Positions 7,510 through 15,044 of a stretch of DNA of 15,830 nucleotides are shown here, one piece after another. The notes below the pieces were generated by a model. The model worked only from the letters and a program-made list of their open reading frames with translations, had not been told where the DNA came from and searched no databases. This stretch comes from Myxococcota bacterium (GTDB lineage Bacteria > Myxococcota > JACRCW01). How positions within the stretch are numbered: the stretch's first letter is position 1; every line of letters starts with the position of its first letter. Both the position numbers and the translations under genes were made by a program. The stretch lies in the NCBI GenBank assembly GCA_040752415.1, contig JBFMGU010000249.1, positions 1 to 15,830 of the forward strand. Reading direction: 5' to 3'.

Positions 7510-8385
7510 CTACATGCGGGTCTGCGGCGCGCGCCCTTCCCGACGCGCCTCCGCCGCCTCCGCGGTGTTGTGCAGCAGGAACGCAATGGTCATGGGCCCC
7601 ACGCCACCGGGCACCGGCGTGATCACCGCGGCGCGCTCCGCGGCGGGGGCGTATTCCACGTCGCCTTTGATCTTCCCGTCGGGCTGGCGGTTGATTCCCA
7701 CGTCGATGACGGCGGCACCGGGCTTGATCCACGCGCCCTTGATGAGCTCGGTGCGACCGATGGCCGCCACCACCACGTCGGCGCGGGCCACGTGACCGGC
7801 CAGGTCGCGGGTGCGCGAGTGGCAGGTGGAGACCGTGGCGTTGGCGCCCAGGAGCAGCGCTCCCACCGGTTTCCCGACGAGCAGGCTGCGCCCCACCACC
7901 ACGGCCTCCGCGCCCTCCAGCTTCACGCCCGCCTCGCGCAAGAGCCGCATGACACCGGCCGGCGTGCAGGGACAGAGGGCGGGCTCACCGCGGAAGAGGC
8001 GGCCCTGCTGCTCGAAGGTGAATCCGTCGACGTCCTTGTTGGCGGGGATGGCGTTGATGACCACCGTGGCATCCACCTGCGGAGGCAGCGGCATCTGCAC
8101 CAGGATTCCGTCGATGGTGTCGTCGTTGGCGTAGGCGCGGACAGCAGCCACGACGTCGGCGGTGGTGGCGGTGGCGGGCAGTCGTGCCTCGCGCGCGTCG
8201 ATGCCCACCTCACCGGCGGCCTTGCCCTTGTTGCGCACGTAGATGTGGCTCGCCGGGTCGTCGCCCACGAGGATCACGCCCAGGCCGGGCACCACGCCGC
8301 GCGCCCGCATGGCGTCCACGCGCGCCTTCACCTCCGCCCGGACCTTTGCTGCCACCGCCTTCCCGTCCAACACCATGGCCGCCAT
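7510..8385 (-). CDS. folD: Bifunctional methylene-THF dehydrogenase/methenyl-THF cyclohydrolase
   Basis: LDGK, GDDPASHIYVRNK, DGILVQMPLP, KDVDG, PCTPAG, GRSLLVGKP, IDVGIN and TPVPGGVGPMT motifs. GGAGG at 8396-8392 supports the ATG at 8385. Confidence 0.97.
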   Translation of the reverse strand: MAAMVLDGKAVAAKVRAEVKARVDAMRARGVVPGLGVILVGDDPASHIYVRNKGKAAGEVGIDAREARLPATATTADVVAAVRAYANDDTIDGILVQMPLPPQVDATVVINAIPANKDVDGFTFEQQGRLFRGEPALCPCTPAGVMRLLREAGVKLEGAEAVVVGRSLLVGKPVGALLLGANATVSTCHSRTRDLAGHVARADVVVAAIGRTELIKGAWIKPGAAVIDVGINRQPDGKIKGDVEYAPAAERAAVITPVPGGVGPMTIAFLLHNTAEAAEARREGRAPQTRM

Positions 8386-8671
8386 GACATTCCTCCGTGC
8401 CATCCATCACGGCGCGCGTGTTGGCGGCCGTGTCCAACGTCGTGGGATCCCACCCGCGCGCACCCTACAGCGACCCGTGCTCCGGATCACCGTGGGAACA
8501 CCACACGGCGTGCACACCGAACACACCACCGGGGCACCGCTGCCCTGCCCGCGCGTGTTTCGCGGGGCGTGATCGCCGCACACTGGCCGTCAGGACGCGG
8601 AGTTCTGGCGTTTGGTCCCGGTGGCACGGGTGATGCTCATGACCAGCGTGGTGTTGAGGTGGAGGCAAGTC

Positions 8672-9118
8672 ATGCGCTGGGCGGTGATGGCACTGGTGGC
8701 GGGAGCAAGCCTGTTGAGCGGGATGACGTGTGCGCCCCAGACGGCGATGGCGAAGCCGGGTCGCATGGCGGTGTACGAGCCGGGCAGCGCGCCCAAGCGC
8801 CCGGTGCAGGTCCTGGCCGAGCTCAGCGAGGAAGTGGTGGACGAGAAGAACCCGGCGGCGGCCATGGAGGCGCTGCGTCGCAAGGCCCGCGCGCTGGGCG
8901 CCGACGCGCTGACCGAGGTGCGCCTGGTGGAGGAGCCGCGCAAGCTTCCGCTCTCCGACGCCATGACCGTGCCGCTGGTCCTCCTGGGCAGCATGGTGAG
9001 CGTGCTCTCCGGCAACCCCGCCGCGCTGCACCGCACCGCCGACGCCGTGAACGGCCCCACGCCCCCGCGCAGGATCATGGTGATGCGTGCGGTGGCGGTG
9101 CGGTACGTGGGGAAGTAA
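8672..9118 (+). CDS. Secreted or membrane hypothetical protein, YbjQ/heavy-metal-binding-like fold, about 148 aa
   Basis: GGAGG at 8661-8665 precedes the ATG at 8672. Signal-peptide-like N-terminus. The motif AMEALRRKARALGADALTEVRL and the C-terminal AVAVRY strand resemble YbjQ-like/DUF4156 proteins. Confidence 0.65.
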   Translation: MRWAVMALVAGASLLSGMTCAPQTAMAKPGRMAVYEPGSAPKRPVQVLAELSEEVVDEKNPAAAMEALRRKARALGADALTEVRLVEEPRKLPLSDAMTVPLVLLGSMVSVLSGNPAALHRTADAVNGPTPPRRIMVMRAVAVRYVGK

Positions 9119-9120
9119 GC

Positions 9121-9233
9121 GTCGGGCGGGGAAATCCGAAAAGGAAGCCAGAAGTCAGAATACAGAAGTCAGAAGGTGCTGGCCCGTCGTCGTCGCGGGA
9201 GCCGCCTTCTGACTTCCTTTTGGATTTCCCGAC
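9121..9233 (+). repeat. Heptamer-repeat hairpin element, copy 1 (probable terminator or dispersed repeat)
   Basis: Four CAGAAGT-like heptads. GAAGTCAGAAGG (9165-9176) pairs with CCTTCTGACTTC (9205-9216). Outer arms GGGAAATCCGAAAAGGAAG and CTTCCTTTTGGATTTCCC. Lies between convergent genes. Confidence 0.85.
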
Positions 9234-9248
9234 TGACCAGAGGCCCCT

Positions 9249-10805
9249 TCAGGAAACCTGGGCGCGCAGGGCCTTGCGGTCCACCTTGCCGCGGTCGTTC
9301 TTGGGCAGCGAGGGAACGAAGCGGATCTCACGCGGGTACTTGTAGGGCTGCAGGCGGTCCTTGGTGTGCGCCTTGAGCTGGTCGGCCAGGGCGTCCCCCG
9401 CGGTGTGACCCGCGCGCACGACGATGAACGCGAGCGGCTTCTCCAGTCCCTCGGCGTCGCGCATGCCCACCACGCAGCACGACTCGACGGCGGGATGGCT
9501 CAGCAGCGCGTTCTCCACCTCCAGCGGCGCCACCCAGCGGCCACCCACCTTGAGGAGATCGTCGGAGCGGCCGTGGTAGGTGAAGTAGCCCTGCTCGTCA
9601 CGACTGAACTTGTCCGCCGTCACGCACGTCTCACCGCGGAACGTGTGGTAGCTCTTCTCGCGGTCCTGCCAGTAGCAGAGCCCGATGCTCTTGCCCTTGA
9701 CGTGCAGCGTGCCGATCTCGCCGGTGGGGACGTCCCTGCCCTCGTCGTCGACGAGGCGGACCTCATAGCCGTCCACCAGCCGACCCAACGTGCCCGCGCG
9801 CACGTCACCGGGACGGTTGCTGATGTAGATGTGGAACATCTCCGCGCTGCCAATGCCGTCGTAGACCTCCACGCCGGTGCGCGCCTTCCAGCGGTCATAC
9901 AGCTCCTTGGGCAGCGCCTCTCCCGCGCTGAACATGAAACGCACGCTCTTCAGCGCGTCCAGCGCACCCGGGTTCTCGTCGGCGTGGGCGAGCATGCTGG
10001 CCATCATCGTCGGCACACCGGTGAGCACCGTGGCCTTGTGGCGCGCGCACGCCTCCAACACGCTCTTGGCCGTGGCCCGCTCCGGGAACAACGCCGCCGC
10101 CGCGCCGTGCGCGAAGGGGAACATGAGGTTGGTGCCCGTGGCGTAGCCGAAGAAGAGGCGAGGAACGCTCACGGTGACGTCGTCAGGGCGGTAGCCGATG
10201 GTGCGCTTGGCGAAGACCTCCGTGTTGAAAATGAAATCAAAGGCGCGGTGCACCACCGCCTTGCTGAGCCCCGTGGAGCCGGAGGTGAAGAGCCAGATGG
10301 CGGGGTCGTCAGGGTGGACGGGCACTGGCTCGTACGTGGGGGCGGCCTTCTGGAGCGCGTCGTCCCAGCGCTCGAACGGGCCGGGGTCCCCGCCGGTGAT
10401 GAAGATGCTGCCCAGGCCACGCGGGCGCTTGATCGTCGAGAGCGTGGGCACCATGGAGGCGTCCGCCACGAGGACACGCGCACGGGTGTACTCGAGGTAG
10501 TGCGGGACCTCGTCGGGCTTGATGTCCGGGTTGACCATGGCCACCACCGCGCCCATGCGCAGCGTGCCGAAGAACGCGGAGACGAACTCGATGCCGTCGC
10601 GCGCCATGATGAGCACGCGCTGCTCCTGCAGGACACCCCGGCTCTCGAACAGGTTCGCGGCGCGTGCAGCCAAAGTGTCGACGTCACGGTAGTTGAACTG
10701 ATGGTCCGCGAGCAGCACCGCGCGCGCATCCCCGCGCCCCTCCGCAAGGCGCTGCGTCAGGTAGTAGCGACAGAGGTTGGCGTCCTGCGGCAGCTCCACG
10801 TTCAT
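9249..10805 (-). CDS. Benzoate-CoA ligase family AMP-forming aryl-CoA ligase
   Basis: ANL motifs WLFTSGSTGLSK, SAGEALP, YDGIGSAEMFHIYISN (benzoate-CoA ligase family signature), GRSDDLLKVGG and LPKNDRGKV. Confidence 0.9.
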   Translation of the reverse strand: MNVELPQDANLCRYYLTQRLAEGRGDARAVLLADHQFNYRDVDTLAARAANLFESRGVLQEQRVLIMARDGIEFVSAFFGTLRMGAVVAMVNPDIKPDEVPHYLEYTRARVLVADASMVPTLSTIKRPRGLGSIFITGGDPGPFERWDDALQKAAPTYEPVPVHPDDPAIWLFTSGSTGLSKAVVHRAFDFIFNTEVFAKRTIGYRPDDVTVSVPRLFFGYATGTNLMFPFAHGAAAALFPERATAKSVLEACARHKATVLTGVPTMMASMLAHADENPGALDALKSVRFMFSAGEALPKELYDRWKARTGVEVYDGIGSAEMFHIYISNRPGDVRAGTLGRLVDGYEVRLVDDEGRDVPTGEIGTLHVKGKSIGLCYWQDREKSYHTFRGETCVTADKFSRDEQGYFTYHGRSDDLLKVGGRWVAPLEVENALLSHPAVESCCVVGMRDAEGLEKPLAFIVVRAGHTAGDALADQLKAHTKDRLQPYKYPREIRFVPSLPKNDRGKVDRKALRAQVS

Positions 10806-11104
10806 GACTCACCCCGCTCCTGGCAACGGTTTCGCGAGGCTCTATCGCATGGCGGAGCGCCAGGCGCACATGCCCCTGACCACGGACGAGCTCCCTTGGG
10901 TGGATCCGGGATCGGTGGTCGCACGCGGCGGGGAATGGCGACAACAACGTGAACGTGGAAATCCAGGGTGGCGACTGACCGCTTGTGTCGTCGGGTGGAG
11001 AGGTCCCCAACCGCTATGGTCCCGCCGCCGCCCGCGCCGCATCCGACACCGCCCACGCTTGACATGACCGTGCCAATTGTTGTGGAAGCCGCGCCCCACA
11101 ACGC

Positions 11105-13444
11105 GTGGAAACCCAGCACATGACCACTGCCAACGCTTCCGTTCCCAACGTGATCCCCGCCATCTCCGCCGCGCTGAGCCTCCCAGAACGCGGCGTGGCC
11201 TCCGTGGTGGAGCTGCTGCAAGGCGGCGCCACGGTTCCCTTCATTGCGCGCTACCGCAAGGAGGCCACCGGTGGGCTGGATGAGGTGCAGATCCGCGACG
11301 TGGCAGAGAAGCACGCCTACCTGCTGGAGATGGAGAGCCGTCGCAGCAGCATCCTCGACGAGATTGGCAAGCAGGGAAAGCTCACCGACGAGCTGCGCAA
11401 GAAGATCCTCGGCGCCACCACCAAGACGGAGCTGGAGGACCTGTACCTGCCCTACAAGCCCAAGCGTCGCACGCGCGCCATGATTGCCAAGGAGCGCGGA
11501 CTGGAGCCGCTGGCGCAGCGCATCCTGGCCCAGCCCTCCGACGGCAAGCCCGAGGAGGAAGCCGCGAAGTTCATCAACGCGGAGGCGGGCGTGGCCAACG
11601 CCAAGGACGCGCTGCAGGGTGCGCGGGACATCGTGGCGGAGCTGTGCAGTGAGACGGCGGAGGTCCGCGCCTACGCGCGCAAGATGTTCATGGATGAGGG
11701 TGACCTCGTCGTGGAGAAGGCGCCGGAGGTGAGCCAGCCGACGAAGTTCGAGATGTATTACACCTTCCGCGAGCCCTGCCGCAGCATCCCCAGCCACCGC
11801 TTCCTGGCCATCCGTCGTGGCGAGATCGAGACGGTGCTGCGCGCGCGCATCGAGGTGGATGAGGAGAAGGCGCTGCGCGAGCTGTGTCGCCAGATGAAGT
11901 ACGTGCCGGGGAGCCCGTGGGCCGCCGAGATGGAGCTGGCGTGCAAGGACGCGTGGAAGCGGCTGCTGGCGCCTTCCGTGGAGACCGAGGTGCGCGTGGA
12001 CCTCAAGATGCGCGCCGACAAGGAAGCGGTCGACGTCTTTGCGAGCAACCTGCGCGCGTTGTTGCTGGCTCCGCCGCTGGGCAGCCGCGCGGTGATTGGC
12101 ATTGACCCGGGACAGCGCACCGGCTGCAAGGTGGTGGCCATTGACCAGACGGGCCGTCTCCTCGAGCACACCGTCATCTACCTGGTGCAGGGTGAGGGCG
12201 CGCTGGACAAGAGCCGCAAGGTGATGATGGACCTCCTCACGCGTCACAAGCCGGTGGCGGTGGCGGTGGGCAACGGGACGCACGGGCGCGAGACGGAGAG
12301 CTTTGTGCGCGAGGTGCTGCAGAAGGCGGAGCAGAAGGGCATCTTCCCCGTGCTGGTGAACGAGGCCGGCGCCTCCGTCTACAGCGCCTCCGACGTGGCC
12401 CGCGAGGAGTTCCCCGACCTGGACCTCACCGTGCGCGGCGCCATCTCCATTGCGCGTCGCCTGCAGGATCCGCTGGCGGAGCTGGTGAAGGTGGACCCCA
12501 AGAGCATTGGCGTGGGGCAGTACCAGCATGACGTGTTCCAGTCGCTGCTCAGCAAGAAGCTCGACGAGGTGGTGGAGAGCTGCGTGAACCAGGTGGGCGT
12601 GGATCTCAACACCGCCAGCGCGTCGCTGCTGGGCTACGTGGCGGGCATTGGTCCCTCGCTGGGCAAGCGCATTGTGCAGCACCGCGAGCAGAAGGGCGTG
12701 TTCCAGGCGCGCAAGGAGCTGCTCACCGTCACGGGGCTGGGTCCCAAGACGTTCGAGCAGTGCGCCGGCTTCCTCCGCATCCGCGCGGGCGGTCACCCGC
12801 TGGATGCTTCCGCGGTGCACCCGGAGCGTTATCCCGTCGTGGAGAAGATGGCGGCGGACCTGGGCGTGGCGGTGGGTGAGCTGGTGGGCAACGCCAAGCT
12901 GGTGGGCCAGGTCGACTGGCGCAAGTACGTGGCCGAGGGACTGGGCGAGCCGACACTGAAGGACATCCTGGAGGAGCTCAAGAAGCCCGGTCGCGACCCG
13001 CGCCAGACCTTCGAGCCGCCCGCGTTCCGCGACGACGTGCGCACCATGGAGGACCTCAAGGGCGGCATGTGGCTGGAGGGCGTGGTCACCAACGTCACCG
13101 CGTTTGGCGCGTTTGTCGACGTGGGCGTGCACCAGGACGGCCTGGTCCACGTGAGCCAGCTGGCCGACCGCTTCGTGAAGGACCCCAACGAAGTGGTGAA
13201 GGTGGGCCAGAAGCTGAAGGTGAAGGTTCTCGAGGTGGACCTGGTGCGCAAGCGCATTGCGTTGACCTGTCGCACCGGTGAGCAGCCCGTGCGCAGCGGT
13301 CCGGCGGGCGCGGGGAGCACTGGGAGCGGTCGGGGTCCGTCGTCGTCGGGGCCGAGCCGTGGTGGCGGTGCGCCGCGCGGCGACAACAAGCCTAGCGCGC
13401 CGTTCAACAACCCCTTTGCCGCCTTGCTCAACAAGAAGAACTGA
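11105..13444 (+). CDS. tex: Tex family RNA-binding transcription accessory protein
   Basis: GATVPFIARYRKEATGGLDE, LEDLYLPYK, YqgF-like GIDPG.RTGCK, VNEAGASVYSAS, IGVGQYQHDV, HhH motifs and a C-terminal S1 domain (FGAFVDVGVHQDGLVHVS). Start is GTG 11105 or ATG 11120. Confidence 0.97.
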   Translation: METQHMTTANASVPNVIPAISAALSLPERGVASVVELLQGGATVPFIARYRKEATGGLDEVQIRDVAEKHAYLLEMESRRSSILDEIGKQGKLTDELRKKILGATTKTELEDLYLPYKPKRRTRAMIAKERGLEPLAQRILAQPSDGKPEEEAAKFINAEAGVANAKDALQGARDIVAELCSETAEVRAYARKMFMDEGDLVVEKAPEVSQPTKFEMYYTFREPCRSIPSHRFLAIRRGEIETVLRARIEVDEEKALRELCRQMKYVPGSPWAAEMELACKDAWKRLLAPSVETEVRVDLKMRADKEAVDVFASNLRALLLAPPLGSRAVIGIDPGQRTGCKVVAIDQTGRLLEHTVIYLVQGEGALDKSRKVMMDLLTRHKPVAVAVGNGTHGRETESFVREVLQKAEQKGIFPVLVNEAGASVYSASDVAREEFPDLDLTVRGAISIARRLQDPLAELVKVDPKSIGVGQYQHDVFQSLLSKKLDEVVESCVNQVGVDLNTASASLLGYVAGIGPSLGKRIVQHREQKGVFQARKELLTVTGLGPKTFEQCAGFLRIRAGGHPLDASAVHPERYPVVEKMAADLGVAVGELVGNAKLVGQVDWRKYVAEGLGEPTLKDILEELKKPGRDPRQTFEPPAFRDDVRTMEDLKGGMWLEGVVTNVTAFGAFVDVGVHQDGLVHVSQLADRFVKDPNEVVKVGQKLKVKVLEVDLVRKRIALTCRTGEQPVRSGPAGAGSTGSGRGPSSSGPSRGGGAPRGDNKPSAPFNNPFAALLNKKN

Positions 13445-13467
13445 AGGGCGGTTGGATGGGCCCAGGG

Positions 13468-13545
13468 AAGGAAGTCAGAAGTCAGGAGTCAGGAGTCAGA
13501 AGGTGCTGCCCCGTCGTCGTCGCTGGATCAGCTCCTGACTTCTTT
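13468..13545 (+). repeat. Heptamer-repeat hairpin element, copy 2
   Basis: AAGGAAGTCAGAAGTCAGGAGTCAGGAGTCAGAAGGTGCTGCCCCGTCGTCGTCGCTGGATCAGCTCCTGACTTCTTT, about 65/76 identical to 9141-9216 by manual alignment. Lies between convergent genes. Confidence 0.85.
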
Positions 13546-13574
13546 GCGGGAATTGCCCCACAACCCAGCTGCGT

Positions 13575-14948
13575 CTACGGGGTGTCCTCGGGCACCACCC
13601 AGATGGCCATGGCCTCGCCGGCGCCGTCGAAGTCGCCGTGCGCGCCGCAGTACACGGTGTAGACGCCCTCCAACGAGAACACGCCGCTCCACGGCTCGAA
13701 GGGCGGCGCTCCCGGCGTGTAGAATGGGTTGCCGCCCTCCTGCGTGCCCATGGTGGGGTGCACCTCCGACGAGGGAACGGTCACCGTGCTGCCCACGCGG
13801 ACCTTCAGGCACCGGGGCAACAGGTCCATGCCCGTGCGCTCCACCACCACGTCGCCCGCACGCGACGCGTAGGCCTCTCCCCCGCAACCGGCCACCACGC
13901 GCTCGGGCGTGTCGTAGCAGACGTCCGAGACGGGCGCGGCGCCGGAGCACAGGAACGAGTCCGCCTGGGCCATCACCAGGTGGTTCGAGCGGCAGGAGAT
14001 GGAGTCGCGGGTCTGGTCGAGGGGGCCGCCCTGGAAGAGCAGGTTGGCGCACTCGGCAAGGCACTCCGCGCGGCTGTTGAAGAGCGTGGTGGCGCCGCCG
14101 CACCAGGTCAGCGCCATGTCGCAGTAGTGCTCGCATGCGCCCTGGCCGTCCACGTCCTCACACACGCCGCCACCGCTGGGACCCGCCTGAGCACACTGGT
14201 TGTAGCTGGCCCAGTAGTGACGGCACGACGCGGTGTTCCCCGAGGGCGGGAACGTGTTGGACGACGAGGCCATGACCTGGCAGTGGATGTTGCAGCTTCC
14301 CTCGTCGGGAAATTGCGCCTCCGGGCCGGTGCAGCGGGTCATGACGGTGTTGCAGTAGGTCTCGCAGCTGACCCCCACGCCGGTCCCGCCGCTGGACGAC
14401 GAGGAACTGGACGCGCCCACGTTCGACGACGAGGACGACGCCCCGGACGAGGACGACGCGACCACCCCCGACGAGGAGGACGACGACACGCCGAACGCTC
14501 CAGAGCTGGACGAGCTGTTGCCCGTGCCCACCGACGTGGAGGAAAGGCTGGACGCGGCGCCGGTGGACGACGACGAGGAGCTGGTGAGGCCACCCGTCGA
14601 CGTCACGCCGCTGGATGACGACGAGGTTCCCACCGCCGCGCTCGTGGTTGCACCGCTGGAGCTGCTGGAGGCATTGAGCGCGCTGTTGACGGCGTTGGTG
14701 ACCAGGGCCGCGGCTGCCGCAGCGAGCGAGTTGACCGACGACGAGGACGCGGCCGCCGAGGACGCGGAGGACGAGGGCACCACGCCGCCGGTGGATGAAG
14801 CGCTGGTGGCGACGGACTCCTGGCAGTATCCGTCGAGGCAGGTGTTGCGGGTGGCGCAGTCGTCGTCGGTGGCGCAGCGGGTGGCGGGCACCGGTGGCAG
14901 GCACGCCGCCAGCAACAACGTGATGGCCAATCCCAGCCCGCGCCCCAT
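13575..14948 (-). CDS. Lipoprotein, about 457 aa: Cys-rich N-domain, Ser/Gly-rich linker, two Cys-rich repeats and a C-terminal cupredoxin domain
   Basis: The real start is likely the ATG at 14948 (MGRGLGLAITLLLAA-C lipobox); the upstream part of ORF 13575..15782 is the antisense shadow of the next gene. Features: C-x5-C-x5-C-x4-C module, poly-Ser linker of about 150 aa, repeats starting CETYC and CEHYC, and cupredoxin-like PRCLKVRVGSTVT..HP..GVYTVYCGAH. Confidence 0.85.
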   Translation of the reverse strand: MGRGLGLAITLLLAACLPPVPATRCATDDDCATRNTCLDGYCQESVATSASSTGGVVPSSSASSAAASSSSVNSLAAAAAALVTNAVNSALNASSSSSGATTSAAVGTSSSSSGVTSTGGLTSSSSSSTGAASSLSSTSVGTGNSSSSSGAFGVSSSSSSGVVASSSSGASSSSSNVGASSSSSSSGGTGVGVSCETYCNTVMTRCTGPEAQFPDEGSCNIHCQVMASSSNTFPPSGNTASCRHYWASYNQCAQAGPSGGGVCEDVDGQGACEHYCDMALTWCGGATTLFNSRAECLAECANLLFQGGPLDQTRDSISCRSNHLVMAQADSFLCSGAAPVSDVCYDTPERVVAGCGGEAYASRAGDVVVERTGMDLLPRCLKVRVGSTVTVPSSEVHPTMGTQEGGNPFYTPGAPPFEPWSGVFSLEGVYTVYCGAHGDFDGAGEAMAIWVVPEDTP

Positions 14949-15044
14949 GCGGCACAAGCTACCACGGGCGACCCACCCCGGCGGGGAGCTTGTTGCCCTC
15001 ACACCGGGGTGGGCTGCTAAAGACGGTGTCGTCCTGAGCTCCCC

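Noticed and set aside
8400..8600. Canonical ZMP/ZTP or THF riboswitch upstream of folD
   Set aside because: Key ZTP elements (GACTGGCG, GGGGAGC, CGCCTGGGC) are absent on the folD strand, and the look-alike fragments GTGGGAACACCAC and CCACCGGGG lie on the wrong strand. No THF-riboswitch consensus was recognised. Only a non-canonical candidate is reported.
10815..10920. Short inverted repeats in the CoA-ligase/tex spacer (CGCTCC/GGAGCG, GACCAC/GTGGTC)
   Set aside because: These 6-bp matches are expected by chance at this GC content and form no coherent larger structure.
11059..11090. TTGACA upstream of tex and a sigma54-like TTGGCACG on the opposite strand
   Set aside because: No credible -10 box lies at 16-18 nt from TTGACA, and the sigma54 candidate has TC instead of the required GC at -12.
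10802..13150. 782-aa minus-strand ORF, plus similar long antisense ORFs 2963..4009, 7570..9345, 9366..10952 and 5446..6630
   Set aside because: These are antisense or alternative-frame shadows of tex, atpB, folD, the CoA ligase and fabG. They are expected from strong GC3 bias and carry no recognisable motifs.
9141..13545. The heptamer elements as a CRISPR array
   Set aside because: There are only two copies, 4.3 kb apart, with no repeat-spacer periodicity and no cas genes.
14270..14300. CNIHC as a heme c binding motif
   Set aside because: The order is CxxHC, not CxxCH, and the second repeat has CLAEC at the same position, so structural disulfides are more likely.
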